Positions 26,223 to 40,652 of a stretch of DNA of 64,000 nucleotides are shown piece by piece. Each line of letters begins with the position of its first letter. The stretch's first letter is position 1. The notes beneath the pieces are model-generated. The model ran no database searches. It was given only the letters and a program-made list of their open reading frames with translations, and had not been told where the DNA came from. This DNA comes from Octopus sinensis (Eukaryota): NCBI RefSeq assembly GCF_006345805.1, contig NC_043001.1, forward strand, positions 100,130,001 to 100,194,000. The letters run 5' to 3'. The position numbers were made by a program, and so were the translations under genes.

Positions 26223-26775
26223 TATATACATACCCGCGCCCCCCCACATATATATGTCTATTGATGTGTATATGTGTGTATGTGTATGTGTGTGTTGTCA
26301 ATGTACTGCTTTTGCTTAACTGATGCAAACAGTACTTTTAATAAGCTTGCATTTTATTTTTAATTTTTACTAAATACAGTCGCTCAGTCAGACGTAGAGC
26401 AGAAGAGGAGGGAAAATGAAATTACAAGTGTCTATAATACATCAAATGCTTTAAAATTTCAGCGAGGATACCCTACTACATTGGGAAAGAAAGTCAAAAG
26501 CAGCCAATAACGTTTTTGAACGGAAACTTGTTTAGAGATTTTGATTTTGCAAAAGCTTGCTAAACAAAGTCTGTACAATGTGTAATGGATGAATTTAACG
26601 GGAGAAATTCCACAAATATTTGAAGTCCTCTAATAAAGGTTTTGCTGGGAATATGGCAAGTATCAACAGTAAACTTCATAAACAATATGTTGTGGAATGT
26701 GATATAAATTATACATGAAAAATGTACACTTTCTCATCCTTAATTCATTTTGTGGGTGTGCATGCATGTGTATAT

Positions 26776-26799
<24 letters not shown>

Positions 26800-26828
<29 letters not shown>

Positions 26829-28004
26829 ATATATATATACACACACACACATCTTTATGGATACACATGTATGTATGCACACACAAATATATGTGCGTAT
26901 ATGTGTGCATGTGTGTACCTCTATACAGGAACGCATAGAAATATTAATTGTATTTCAATGAACATCCATTTAAACTCCCAGAAATCTGAGAAAGGTAATT
27001 CTCTTTATTAAAGAGAAAGATTATAGTTGTAGATATTCACAGATTTGATTTGATTCAGATTTAACCCCAGCATTTCACTGGTATGTTAATGCAAAATTGA
27101 ATTCTTATATTATTGAACTACAAAACAAAACCTCCAAACAATTAACCACTTGCATCAAGCAACCGATTATTTACATAAAATAAAGGAGTCACTTTCACAG
27201 GATTGAGCCATTGTAATTGCTGTAAATGCAAGTCTATTGAGGTAAGTCCCTGTTGGAGTGAGATAAACTAATAATAATAATAATAATAATAACGCATCCA
27301 ATTGCTCTCTCTCCATTTTAAGTCAGTGTTAAGTGAAGGCACCGAAAAACCTGATCCCAAAATAAGAGTCTTTATAGAAAAATCCCAGAATTCAATGGCA
27401 TCAAACCAGCGACATTTTCGTTTTAACAAGATATTCATTCTGCTGAGATATTTGTTAGCCATTTTAAGAACATGATGAGGAAGGTGATACTGACGATGAT
27501 GACAATGATGATGAGAACGATAATTTATGGTGATGATAAAGGTGATGATAATGATGGCTCTGTGTTACTTTCTTTTTTTCCCGCTGGAAGCTGTTTCATG
27601 TTATTGAATGTTATTCAAACTTGAGTAAGTGTATTCAAGGTCTTAAGCAGATCAAATCAGACCTGCAGCCACTATTGCATTTGTCAAATGCATGAATAAG
27701 ATTGGACTATCTGAAATATGGATATATTGGGAGTTGATAAAATAATAGATTTCCAGCATATTTCTCTACATTACATCATTTTACCATTCATGCAGAATAC
27801 TCAGAATTATTGCTGTAAACCACAGAGTTAAAAAAAACAGATCAAAATCAAATGAATATGTATAGAAAACACAGATAAATGCATAGATTTGTCTGTTTCC
27901 CTAAAACAAGTGTACAGTTTGTTGGATACACTGCAATATCAATGAAATAAATATACATAGAGATACAGATAATATCAACAAATATATAAATCTATATATA
28001 TGCA

Positions 28005-28037
<33 letters not shown>

Positions 28038-28221
28038 GCATACATATACATACATATATACATACATACATATGCACATACATATATATACATACACTGA
28101 CTTATACACACACATATGTAGAATAATATCAAGAAAACATACACGTAATATCGATTAATATATCACCCATTAACACACACACACACACACACACACAAAA
28201 TTAGTATATTATCAACAAAAA

Positions 28222-28285
<64 letters not shown>

Positions 28286-29461
28286 ATATATATATACACA
28301 CACACACATCTTTATGGATACACATGTATGTATGCACACACAAATATATGTGCGTATATGTGTGCATGTGTGTACCTCTATACAGGAACGCATAGAAATA
28401 TTAATTGTATTTCAATGAACATCCATTTAAACTCCCAGAAATCTGAGAAAGGTAATTCTCTTTATTAAAGAGAAAGATTATAGTTGTAGATATTCACAGA
28501 TTTGATTTGATTCAGATTTAACCCCAGCATTTCACTGGTATGTTAATGCAAAATTGAATTCTTATATTATTGAACTACAAAACAAAACCTCCAAACAATT
28601 AACCACTTGCATCAAGCAACCGATTATTTACATAAAATAAAGGAGTCACTTTCACAGGATTGAGCCATTGTAATTGCTGTAAATGCAAGTCTATTGAGGT
28701 AAGTCCCTGTTGGAGTGAGATAAACTAATAATAATAATAATAATAATAACGCATCCAATTGCTCTCTCTCCATTTTAAGTCAGTGTTAAGTGAAGGCACC
28801 GAAAAACTTGATCCCAAAATAAGAGTCTTTATAGAAAAATCCCAGAATTCAATGGCATCAAACCAGCGACATTTTCGTTTTAACAAGATATTCATTCTGC
28901 TGAGATATTTGTTAGCCATTTTAAGAACATGATGAGGAAGGTGATACTGACGATGATGACAATGATGATGAGAACGATAATTTATGGTGATGATAAAGGT
29001 GATGATAATGATGGCTCTGTGTTACTTTCTTTTTTTCCCGCTGGAAGCTGTTTCATGTTATTGAATGTTATTCAAACTTGAGTAAGTGTATTCAAGGTCT
29101 TAAGCAGATCAAATCAGACCTGCAGCCACTATTGCATTTGTCAAATGCATGAATAAGATTGGACTATCTGAAATATGGATATATTGGGAGTTGATAAAAT
29201 AATAGATTTCCAGCATATTTCTCTACATTACATCATTTTACCATTCATGCAGAATACTCAGAATTATTGCTGTAAACCACAGAGTTAAAAAAAACAGATC
29301 AAAATCAAATGAATATGTATAGAAAACACAGATAAATGCATAGATTTGTCTGTTTCCCTAAAACAAGTGTACAGTTTGTTGGATACACTGCAATATCAAT
29401 GAAATAAATATACATAGAGATACAGATAATATCAACAAATATATAAATCTATATATATGCA

Positions 29462-29492
<31 letters not shown>

Positions 29493-29676
29493 GCATACAT
29501 ATACATACATATATACATACATACATATGCACATACATATATATACATACACTGACTTATACACACACATATGTAGAATAATATCAAGAAAACATACACG
29601 TAATATCGATTAATATATCACCCATTAACACACACACACACACACACACAAAATTAGTATATTATCAACAAAAAAG

Positions 29677-29700
<24 letters not shown>
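26800..29700. repeat. Tandem duplication, unit about 1.46 kb, breakpoints in TA/CA microsatellites
   Basis: Near-identical ORFs offset by 1457 bp (27268 vs 28725). Confidence 0.95.
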
Positions 29701-29712
<12 letters not shown>

Positions 29713-30782
29713 GCACATATTTATATATACATGTATATATTTAGATATAACATGAATATCAAAATTATAGTCTGTTATATGGAGAAGCATAGCCATGTAG
29801 TTAAGAAATTTGCTTCTCAGTTTTGTGGTTGTGGGTTTGATTCCTTACCAAAGTGTCATAGATGTGAACCTTGGCTTAACCAAAGCTATAAAGTAGAAAG
29901 AAATTATGAGAAGACGTGTTGGATATATAGAGTAAAATGACAAGGAAAAAGCTGATTATGATCAGCATGTACCCAGTGCCAAATTTTATGGCAGTTTAAA
30001 CCTTAACATATCAAAGAAAAGCAACAGAAAGGAAGAAACAATAAAACTGTTGCGTAGAAAATGACTGCATTTATTTCAGAGACAAACCAGCTCCTGACAA
30101 ATTGTCCAACTCATGCCAGCATGGAAAGTGGAAGCTAAATAATGATGATGATGATGATGATGCCACTCTTTCTCTTATCTGCTTCACTCTACCCTGTTGT
30201 ATGGTAATTTCTTTTCTGATATCTCTCACAGGGTCCTTCCACTCACAGATGGAGCAGAGTCACAGAATGTGTGGTGGAATTTTCCACCATGTATATTTGT
30301 GTGTGAGTGTGTCTTTACATGTATCCTTGTATTAAATGAGAATACATCTATCTATCTATCGATCCATCAATCGATCGATCGATCGATCCATCTATCTATC
30401 TATCCCAGTCTCTCTCTCTCCCTCCCTATATATATATATATATACAAATTGAGATAGGGGTTGTAAATGCAACCCTCCATGGGATAACATATATCCAATA
30501 TACTGCTAGTGAAGTACCCAACAAAGTTAATGCATAAATGTTAAGGATTGCGATGCAATCAATTCATTTACTGTATCATATGGGCAAAGGTAAAATGATT
30601 TACCACAGATGTATTTCTCCATTTTCTTATCTTGTATATAAATATATATATATTATACAGAGAAGAAAGTAATATTTTGAATGCAGTATTGCCATGAAAA
30701 CAGCAGAAAAATTGGGTATTTTTCCCTTTGCAAGATGGGGAAAAAAGTTGTCAACAAATAGCCATATATATATATATATATA

Positions 30783-32066
30783 TGTTGGGTTGGCAAGAAA
30801 GTAATTTCGTTTTTCACAAATAGATAGAATTATGATTTTGTTGAATGCTTTTTTTTCAATGTTAGGATTTTTTTCCTTTTGACATAGCTGTTACTTTTAG
30901 CTTACTTTAGGAGCAAATTGCACATAATTTTGTTTACAGCTGTTAGCTCAGTGTCAATTTTTACATGGAATGCAAAAACGAGCATTTTCGCCTTAATTTG
31001 CTTTTTTATTTCCATAAAGGCAAGAAAGCTGCTGAGGCACACAAAGAGGTATGTGAAGTTTATGGTGTTGATTAACAGAATGCACATATCAGAAATGGTT
31101 TAAAAAATTCCATTCTAGAGATTTTTCCCTCAAAAATGACCAACGTCCTGGTCAACCTACTGAAGTTGATGATGACTGAATCAAAGCCATAATTGAATCT
31201 GATTGTCATATAACTGTGCGAGAGATTGCAGAGAGGTTAAATGTATCCCACACAACAATTGAAAATCACTTAAAATGTCTTGGACTTGTTAAGAAGCTCG
31301 ATATTGGGGTTCCACATAAATTGAAAGAGATTCACTTAACACAACAAACGAATATTTGCAATATGCATCTCAACCACAATGAAATCGACCTTTTTTTTAA
31401 ACGAATCATCACTAGTGTTAAAAAATGGATTGTCTACAATAACATCAATCGAAAACCATCATGGTTCAAGCGTAATGAACCAGCACAAGCTATATTGAAA
31501 GCTGAATTGCATCAAAAAATGGTCATGCTGTCAATTTGGTGGGATTACAAAGGTGTTGTGTATTTTGAGCTGCTTTCAAGGAACCTAATGATCAATTCAG
31601 ATGTTTACTGTCAACAACTAATGAAATTGGAGGAAGCAATCAAAGGAAAACGGCCAGAACTGGCAAATCAAAAAGGAATCATGTTCCACCATGACAACGC
31701 TAGACCACACATGCTTTTGCTAATTCGTGAAAAATTATTGGAGCTTGGTTGGGAAGTGATGTCACATCCACCATATAGCCCTGATTTTGCACCATCAGAT
31801 TACCATTTATTTCGAAGTTTGCAGAATTCTTTGAATGGTGAAACTTTCGATAATGATGATGACCTAAAATTGCACTTGCTTCAGTTTTTGGCTAATAAGG
31901 ACCAGAATTTCTCTGAGCGCAGAATCATGAAGTTGCCAGAAAGATAGCAAAAGACCATCGAACAAAATGGAAAATATATAAGTGATTAAAGTTCATTCTT
32001 TGTATAAAAAAAAATGACTTTTATTTCACACTAAAGAACGGAAATTACTTTCTTGCCAACCCAATA
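30783..32066 (+). mobile_element. Near full-length mariner with terminal inverted repeats, inserted in TA
   Basis: TIR ttgggttggcaagaaagtaatttc at both ends. ORF 31216-31947 has GVPHKL, HHDNARPH and YSPDFAPSDYHLF. Upstream stop codon, and the first catalytic motif reads TSVKKW instead of TGDEKW. Confidence 0.95.
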
Positions 32067-32959
32067 TATATATATGAACAAACTATGAAGCATTGAGTTG
32101 ATGTTTTACTGAAAAATAGAGGAAATTTTGAATGTAAGGTTGCTGTTAGATCAGCTTAGAAGATTGGGTAAATACCCTTTAAAGACAGGAGGGAGTGGTC
32201 AGCAGCAGGCTGCTACAGGGAATCAAACCCTGTACCCCTTAAATTCACCTCCCATCTTTCTTGTATCTACATCAAAACCAAGACGATCACTGAACCTTTG
32301 CCAACCAACTCCTTAATGATCAGCAGCAACAATATACAGACAAGGTAGGCAATTTTTTCTACAGGAAAAACACAATGACATTATCTGGTTCGTTAGTGTG
32401 TTCTAAAAGCTGAATGAAATGTCTTTGATCTTCCGTCAATGAAGTGTGACATAAGACAAAACAGTAGTAACAACAATTCAATTAACAAGACTAATATGAC
32501 ACTCTCCTCCTCCTCCTCCTCCCCACCACCACCACCACCACAACAACAACAACATCATCCCCATGAAACAACAACAACAACAACATCATCTACATGAAAA
32601 CCATTACATACAACACCATCCCCGTTGCAATCTGGCATCAACAAAATCCTCATGATAGCAATGTCTATAACATGTTGAATGTCAACACAACACAATGTGT
32701 ATGTGCGTGTGTATTTGTGAGTTGAGCATGGAGTTTTAATGCTCAAGTCAAAGGGGAGAAAGGCTGAAGTGCTTATGGATTTGGTAATCCTTCAACAAGT
32801 TAACTTTGCATTTCCATTTTTATACCCATAACAATAAGAAAACGATTTTATGCCCTTGTTCTGTTTTTTACTTCATGTTTATTATGGATGATTGTTGGGT
32901 ACCGTTGCTGTTGGGTGCCATTGCTGTTGGGTATCTGTAGAATTAAAGTTGAATCAAAA

Positions 32960-34800
32960 GAAGTCATGGAGTGAAAATGGAGACAGTGGTGTTAAAAAAG
33001 GAAACTGTAAAGGAATTACATTCAACATTATATCTGATGTTTAAAAGGGACTTGGAGGAGCAGAAAAGAAATCAGCCACATTGCCTTGGAATTAAATCTT
33101 GTAATGTCAAGAGCAGGAATAATATGTGGAAATCAGAAGAAAATCAAGTATTCAAGAAGCTCCTCTTTTGACTGATTTTTTTTCCCCATTGATTTGATAT
33201 AAAACTTAAAATGAAGCAGTTGTTGAGGACCGAATGTAATGTGCTGATAGCACGATGGAATCTTATGAAAAAGCCAAAAAGTTTGTATGATGCAGCACAA
33301 AGTTTTGTCAGTGAACAGGTTGCGGTCTCAAAGTGACGAAAATATTTTGACAAATTAAATTTAAATGTTGAAGTGAATCTAACGGTTTTTGTGTGTTTCT
33401 TAAATGGCTTATAAACACCTTCCACGCTGCAATTGTTTTCGTTCCAGCACACGACCTCAGATCAGGTCACTTGCTATGCAAGTACATCTCTATAATTTGT
33501 ATGATGATTTGCAGTAAAAGGAAAGTGAAAAATCTACCAGAAAACATTTTCTGGCTAATGAAGACTGGCTTGAAATGCTTTAGAAATGGTTGAATTTGCA
33601 GAATAGAATATGACTGGTAAAGTCGGCAATGCTTATACAGAGGCTAATTATACTAATTATTTTGAGCATTTAGATGAAACATACAATTGTTTAAGAGGGA
33701 TTTACACTAGAGCAAGTGTACTGATGGAACTTCACTTTCCCGGAAGAGCTTTTTATTTTTTAAGCAGAAAAATCAATACCAGGATTTGAAGCTTCCAAAA
33801 ATCCTCTGATGCTGCTTCTCAGAGGAAATACCACTGTTAAAATGAAATTAAAGCCCCTACTCATGTATCAGTCTGAAAATATAAGGGCTTTCAAGGATTA
33901 CACAAAGTTTAATTTACCTCTGATTTTGCATTCAAATAAGAAGGTATGAATGGCTAAGAATCTTTCAAAATGTGGTTTTCATACATATTCGGTCTTGCTG
34001 AAGAAAGTTTCATGCCAGGTGTAATATTTCTGGCAAAGCAATGATAATTTCAGGACTATTCACTGGCTCTTTAATAACTTTGATGAACTTTTTGGTAAAA
34101 TCAGATTAAAAAAAAAACTTCTTTGCTCCAGTAAATGGAACAAGGGAAGAAAGCAAACTTATCTATGACGAACTTTTAAACAGTTGATGAAAGCAAGTAA
34201 CAGGCAAGATAAACCCCAACAACCCGTGCTAGCGCGGAAAACGGACGTTAAACGATGATGATGATGATGATGATGTTAGACACATTCCATTATATTGAAC
34301 AGGAAGAAGTTCAACTTAATGGATGTTGTGGATGATATAACCGACCCATGGGATGAAGTGAAACCCTCGACTTTATATGGTGCTTAGAAAAACATATGGC
34401 TAGACTGTGACTAGATATATGGCTAACCTTTCTCAATCATAAAGACATCAAATTCAGAAAGATATTGAATGCTTGTAAGTGATGTGGAGTATGAAGAAAT
34501 CAGAGATGATAATGTGGCTGAGTTTATCTAATGAGGAGTTGATACCGTTAGAACAAGAGGAAGCTGTAAATAGAGATGAGAACACAGAAATTCCAACAGC
34601 TCCAATTTACTGCACAGAATATTACGAAAGGGTTGGCACCACTGGAGGAAAGTTTACAATCCCTTATTGATAACAACCCTGATAGTTTATGTAACTTAAA
34701 AATTACAAGAGGAATTTACTGTGAGTTCAGATTCTACACTGAGCTGTACAAAGAGATGATGCATCATAAGCACCAAACAAGTTTGGATAAGTCCTTTGTT
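32960..34800 (+). mobile_element. Degraded pogo/Tigger-like transposase
   Basis: PGFEASKNPLMLLLRGN...KLKPLLMYQSENIRAFK at about 33779-33897, matching the pogo DDE region; many stops. Confidence 0.75.
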
Positions 34801-35522
34801 CCCTCAAGTAGATATTGATTACGATGAACTATAAGACAACAGACAGAGTTCCTCATCCTTCGAGTAACTTGCATTTCACCACCTCCACTTTCTCTGAAAC
34901 AGTAATCAACATCTTCTGTGGTAAAAACATACCCTACTATCAGATTATGACTCTTATTTATTCCCTAACATGTTTCTCTCCTGATGTTTTCATGTATGGA
35001 TATTGTATTGTGAATTATTAAGAAAACATTATTTTTGTGCATAAGAATTGTCGTGTTGAATGCGTTTTTTGCTTTGAAAAGGATCTGTCAAAATGCATTC
35101 TCACTTTATAATATGAAACAAATGAGATCTGGTTACAAGAAGGGCATCCAATCAGAAAAGCTACCTCTATAAACTTTGTCCAATCCATGCATTGTGTCAA
35201 AGTAGACGTTAAAATAATGACGATGATGATGATACATGTGAGCAAATAAATTTCAAAACTAAACAACCATTGCCTTTACACGCACACAATGTATATATAC
35301 ATACAACATGTGTGTGCAATGGCAATGATTGTGTAGTGTTGAAATTCATTTGCTCACATGTATCATCACCATCATCATTGTAACGTTCACGTTTACATGA
35401 TGCATGGATTGGACAAAGTCTATTGAGGCAGATTTTCTGACTTGGATGCTCTTCTTGTAACCAGATCTCATCAGTTTCATATCATAAAGTTAGAATGCAT
35501 AATATATGTATAGATATGTGTT

Positions 35523-35945
35523 ATCATCATCATCATCGTCATTGTCATTTAATGTTTGCTTTCCATGCTGGCATTGGTTGGACAATTTGACTGAGGACTG
35601 GCGAGCCAGAAGCCTGCACCAGGCTCCAATCTGATCAGGCAAAGTTTCTACAGCTGGATGCTCTTCCTAATGCCAACCACTCTGAGAGTGTAGTGGGTGC
35701 TTTTATGTGCCACCTGCACGAGGGCCAGTCAGGCAGTACTGGCAACGACCATGCTTGAATTTTATTTTACACGTGCCACTGGCACATGTGTCAGTAAGGC
35801 GACGCTGGCAGCAATCCTGTTTGAATGGTGCTTTTTACGTGGCACCGGCATGGGAGCCAGTCAGTGGCCCTGGCAATGATCATGCTTGGACTGTGCTTTT
35901 AACATTCCACTGGTACGAGGGCCAATCAGGCAGTAATGCCATCAG
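35523..35945 (-). mobile_element. SINE family B ((GAT)n tail, internal tandem units)
   Basis: Homologous to 43262, 56500, 57045 and 59506. Tail-only relics at about 30085, 34220, 35050 and 48840. Confidence 0.8.
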
Positions 35946-36152
35946 CCATGTGTGTGTGTGTGTGTGTGTATACTTTATTTGTGTTTTAAGGCTACCATTG
36001 GTTTTGGGTTAAGAAAATATCTTTACAATTTTTGAAACTGATGACATAGAGAAATTGCTGTTTATCTCCATTTTGGATTATTAATACACAAATAAAGAAT
36101 CTTAATCCACCAATGCAGTGTTGTACACTCATTCTCACTGTTCAACACTTAC

Positions 36153-36198
<46 letters not shown>

Positions 36199-36569
36199 AT
36201 GCATGCAATAGTGACGTATGTTAAGTTTCTATGCATTAGTTCTTAACAGTCAACTGTAACGAATACTGTCAAATAAAAATTCTGTTATTTTATTGATGTC
36301 ATACTTCAAAAATACTTCCAAGAAATGAAGAGAGGCTGGGGGTGGGCGATGGAGGTTTAGTTTAACTCCTATTTCTTAGAATCCTCTTCCTGACTTTTCC
36401 TCTTGCTCTGTCTCTCAATCCCCCGCCCTCAACCCCCCCCCCATCTCATTTCCGTCCTCTGTCCCTCTGTAGTTTTCTCCATTCAACTTAATTCCTTTGG
36501 TGTTCTACAAAATGTAGATAGGAATGTATTATTCAGATAATAATAATGATGATGATGATTATGATGATT

Positions 36570-36740
36570 TCAAATTTTGGCACAAGGTAAGTCTGGAGGG
36601 GGGGGGATAAGTCAGTGAAATCAACCCCAGTATACAACTGCTACATATTTTATGTTGACCACCCAAAAAGATGAAAGGCAAAGTCAACCTTAGTAGCATT
36701 TGAATTCAAAATGTAAATATAGATGAAATGCCTCTAAGCA
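36570..36740 (-). mobile_element. SINE family C
   Basis: ttcaaattttggcacaagg...gatgaaaggcaaagtcaacc shared across copies. Confidence 0.75.
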
Positions 36741-36781
36741 TTTTTCAATGATAATAATAATGAATAATAATAATAATAGTA

Positions 36782-36849
<68 letters not shown>

Positions 36850-36850
<1 letters not shown>

Positions 36851-37990
36851 AATGAAAGAAAAAGAACTAAACAGCTTAGACAGAAATACAAGGAAGTTGC
36901 TAGCTAGATATGGGACACTCCACCCAAAAAGTGACTCAGACAGACTGTATGTACCAAGAAAAAGTGGGGAAAGAGGACTTATTGGATGTGAACACAGCAT
37001 TAGAGCAGAAGAAAACAACATAGCATGGTATGTAAAAAATGCCACAGAACTGCTATTATTAGAAGAAGGTCAGGCATGTGTAGGATGAAAGATTGCAAAG
37101 ATAAAGCACTATACAAGATATTGAAAACAAATGAATCTGAAAATTGGTGGGTAAAGAAAAGAATGCATGGTCAATTTCATAGGGATGTTGAAAATAAGAC
37201 GGACAGAGAAAATAGATGGCTGTGGATGACTAAAAGTGATTTAAAACCGGAAATGGAGGCTCTAATCTGTGCTGCCCAAGAGCAAGCACTAAGAACAAAC
37301 TACATAAAATACAGAATAGACAACACATCAGAAAGTGATAAGTGCAGAATCTGTGGACAAAACGGTGAAACCGTATGGCATATTACCAGCCAATGTATGC
37401 CTCTAGCCCAGAAGGAATATAAGAGACACCACGACAATATAGCAAGGATTGTCCATTGGACACTCTGCAACAAGTATGGACTTGACTGAGAAAAAAATTG
37501 GTACGACCACAAACCCAAAGGCATCATTGAAAATGATAATGCAAAGATCCTGTGGGATTTTATGATTGAGTGCCACCATAAAATAGAGAACAGGAAGCCA
37601 TATATAGTCTTAATTGAGAAAGAAAACAAACTATGCTTGATCATAGACATAGCATGCCCAGCTGACAACAAGGTATGCGATAAGGAAGAAAGAAAAGTTG
37701 AGAGATATGACAGGTTAGCTTGGGAAGTTAAGCAGTTGTGGTCGATGAAAAAGGTAGCAGTAGTAACAATAATTGTCGGAGTCCTGGGAAATGTGAGTAA
37801 AAATCTTGAGAAGTACATGTAACAAATAGGGGCTGCAATAATGGTGGAGCACTTGCAGAAACAGCACTGCTTGTAACTGCTCGAATACTCTGGAAGGTGC
37901 TCGAAAAATAAAAGGTCTTACCTTAGTTCACTGGTAGTGAAAAACTGACGCCATAGTGCACCTCCATGGTTAGAAGCTGTATAAAGGCAA
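36850..37990 (+). mobile_element. 5'-truncated R4/Dong-like non-LTR element (REL endonuclease clade)
   Basis: LYVPRKSGERGL, MHGQF, ICAAQEQALRT, CRICGQNGETVWHITSQC (CCHC), KILWDF, CLIIDIACP, IIVGVLG; flanked by (TAA)n. Confidence 0.85.
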
Positions 37991-38054
37991 TAATAATAAT
38001 AATAATAATAATGATGATGATGATGATGATGATGATAATAGTTATAATAACAGT

Positions 38055-38220
38055 TTCAATTTTTGGCACAAGACCATCAAGTTTGGTGGGAGGGAGTAAG
38101 TCACTTGCATTGAGTCGACCATTATTGTTTTTATCGACTCTGAAAGGAGGAACGGTGATGTCGACCTCAACAGAATTTGAACTCAATGGGTGAAATACCA
38201 CTAAGCATTTCGTCCAGCAC
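38055..38220 (-). mobile_element. SINE family C
   Basis: Homology to 36570 and 53040. Confidence 0.7.
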
Positions 38221-38249
38221 ACAATCAATCCTGCCCGCTCACCACCTTA

Positions 38250-39050
38250 AGATGTAGAAGAAGAAGAAGAAGGAGAAGGAGAAGAAGAAGAAGAAGAAGA
38301 AGAAGAAGAAGAAGAAGAAGAAAAAGAGGAAGGAGAAGGAGGAGAAGAAGAAGAAGAAGAAGAAGAAGGAGGAGGAGGAGGAGAAGGAGAAGAAGAAGGA
38401 GGAGAAGAAGAAGAGGGAGGAGAAGAAGAAGAGGGAGGAGAAGAAGAAGAGGAAGAAGAAGAAGGAGAAGAAGAAGAAGAGGGAGGAGAAGAAGAAGAGG
38501 AAGAAGAAGAAGAAGAGGAAGAAGAAGAAGAAGAGGAAGAAGAAGAAGGAGAAAAGGAAGAAGAAGGAGGAGGAGAAGAAGAAGAAGAAGAAGAAGAAGG
38601 AGAAGAGGAAGGAGAAGAGGAAGAAGGAGGAGGAGGAGGAGGAGAAGGAGAAGAAGAAGGAGGAGAAGAAGAAGAGGGAGGAGAAGAAGAAGAGGAAGAA
38701 GAAGAAGAAGGAAGAAGAAGAAGAAGAAGAAAAGAAGAAGAAGAAGGAAGAAGAAGAAGAGAGGGAGGAGAAGAAGAAGAAGAAGAGGAGAAGAGGAAGG
38801 AGAGGAGGAAGAAGGAGGAGGAGGAGGAGGAGAAGGAGAAGAAGAAGGAGGAGAAGAAGAAGAGGGAGGAGAAGAAGAAGAGGAAGAAGAAGAAGGAGAA
38901 GAAGAAGAAGAGGGAGGAGAGGAAGAAGAGGAAGAAGAAGAAGGAGAAGAAGAAGAAGAAGAAGGAGAAGAGGAAGGAGAAGAGGAAGGAGAGGGAGGAG
39001 AGGAAGAAGAAGAAGGAGAAGAAGAAGAAGAACAGCAACAACAACAAGTT
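38250..39050. repeat. About 800-bp (GAA/GGA)n polypurine tract with higher-order repeats
   Basis: Direct reading; almost only A and G. Confidence 0.95.
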
Positions 39051-39059
39051 GTGGCAATA

Positions 39060-39640
39060 CAATCAGGTAGCAAAAGCGCTACATTGAAAATTGTGCGAAA
39101 AGTGGGGGCCAGAGAGATGCAAGACATGGTATGAGCAGAAACCACAGAGATTTGTGGATTCAGAAACTAGCAAAATCTTTTGGGATTTCCCAATCCAAAC
39201 AGATCAGACACTAGAGCATTACAGATTGAACTTAGTGGTGGTGGACAAGGTGCACCACATTTGCTATGTAGTTGGTGTTGCATGCTCCTTTGACCCACGA
39301 ATAGTTAAGAAGGAAGGTGGAAAGATAGACAGATACAACCATCTTAAGTACAAAATAGCCTGGTTATGGAAAATGAAGATGGTGAAGACAGTGCCAATTA
39401 TTGTGGGGTCTTTGGGGACAGTATCAGAAGGCATCAAGGGGAATATAAAGGAAATTAGAATGGAGTGCCCAGTAGAACTGTTACAAAAGGTTTGCCTCCT
39501 TGGCATGGCCAGAATAATCAGGAAAGTATTAGCTAGAGCGGATTGTGTGGTACTGTAGGCTGCAGGTAGTAAGCTGGCTACATTTGCAAGACTCCAGGAG
39601 CACCAACAAAACCTGTGATAAAGAGAAATAATAATTTATT
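39060..39640 (+). mobile_element. Second R4/Dong-like 3' fragment (REL domain)
   Basis: TWYEQKPQ...KIFWDFPIQTD...VGVACSFD...KEGGKIDRYNHL...VPIIVGSLG...LQKVCLLGMARIIRKVL. Confidence 0.85.
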
Positions 39641-40652
39641 CTAATTCAAGTACAGAGATGACAATTTTGAGAGGTAAATTGATTATGCTGACCTCTGTAC
39701 TTGATTGGTCCTTTATTTTATCGACCTCCTGGGTATGGGTGAACAGCAAAATTGACATTGACAGAATTTTGAACTCCAAATGTACAAAAGTGAAAGAAAT
39801 AATGCAAAATATATTTTTGATGTGCTAATGGTTCTGCTAATATCTCCAAGAATAATGTTTGAGATCGAAGAAGACAAATCTTGTTTATCTGAAATATTTC
39901 TTCTTCACGTCACGTGGCTCTCTGATACTTTTCAATGTTTACAAAAATCTCTTGTTATGGTGGTGGACTGACCAGAAACACTAAAGTACCATATCTAAAG
40001 AATTACTTTGTCCTTATAGATTCTGATTTCAAACATAACCAAAGTTGATTTTACTTTTTATCTTTTCACAACTGATAAAATAAGTACAGACATTTTTTTG
40101 ATCGATTCAATTGATTTTACAGTGAATCTCTGGCCTTGTGCCAGTATCAGGAATTAATTGTATCACCAGTTCATTATATATTTTTAAAGCATATTAGTAA
40201 GAGTCTAGCCTTGTAGCCGATGGGAGATGTCTAGACATCTGTTTAGACATAAAGACATTAGGCAGACATGGCTAATGGTATGTTATCAAACTGAAAAATC
40301 TATTTGTGTCATACAGAATCTAGATTTGGTGGTGGTAGTAAGAGAGGGCTCAAAACACCGCGTCATTCTTAATAATTGCTTAAAATAATTGAATGAAATT
40401 CAGCCAAGAAACATAATCATATGATAGAAACTCTTCCAAATGTTTCTGCCAGTTTCGCATTTAGAATTGATGGCTGGAATTGAAAGTAGGAGAATATATT
40501 TTTCCAACTGGTGGAGCAATACGTTTTTGCATGTGGTTGCCTTTCATATTTTCCCATCTGTTCTCCCTTTTTTTCCCCTGTTCATGATAGAACGTGATTT
40601 ATTATTCTGTGTTTCAGCTCCAGTAATCTAAATCAGACAGTTTCATATTTAA

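Noticed and set aside
38225-39145. Long Leu/Ser/Phe-rich ORFs
   Set aside because: Artefacts of the GAA/GGA repeat.
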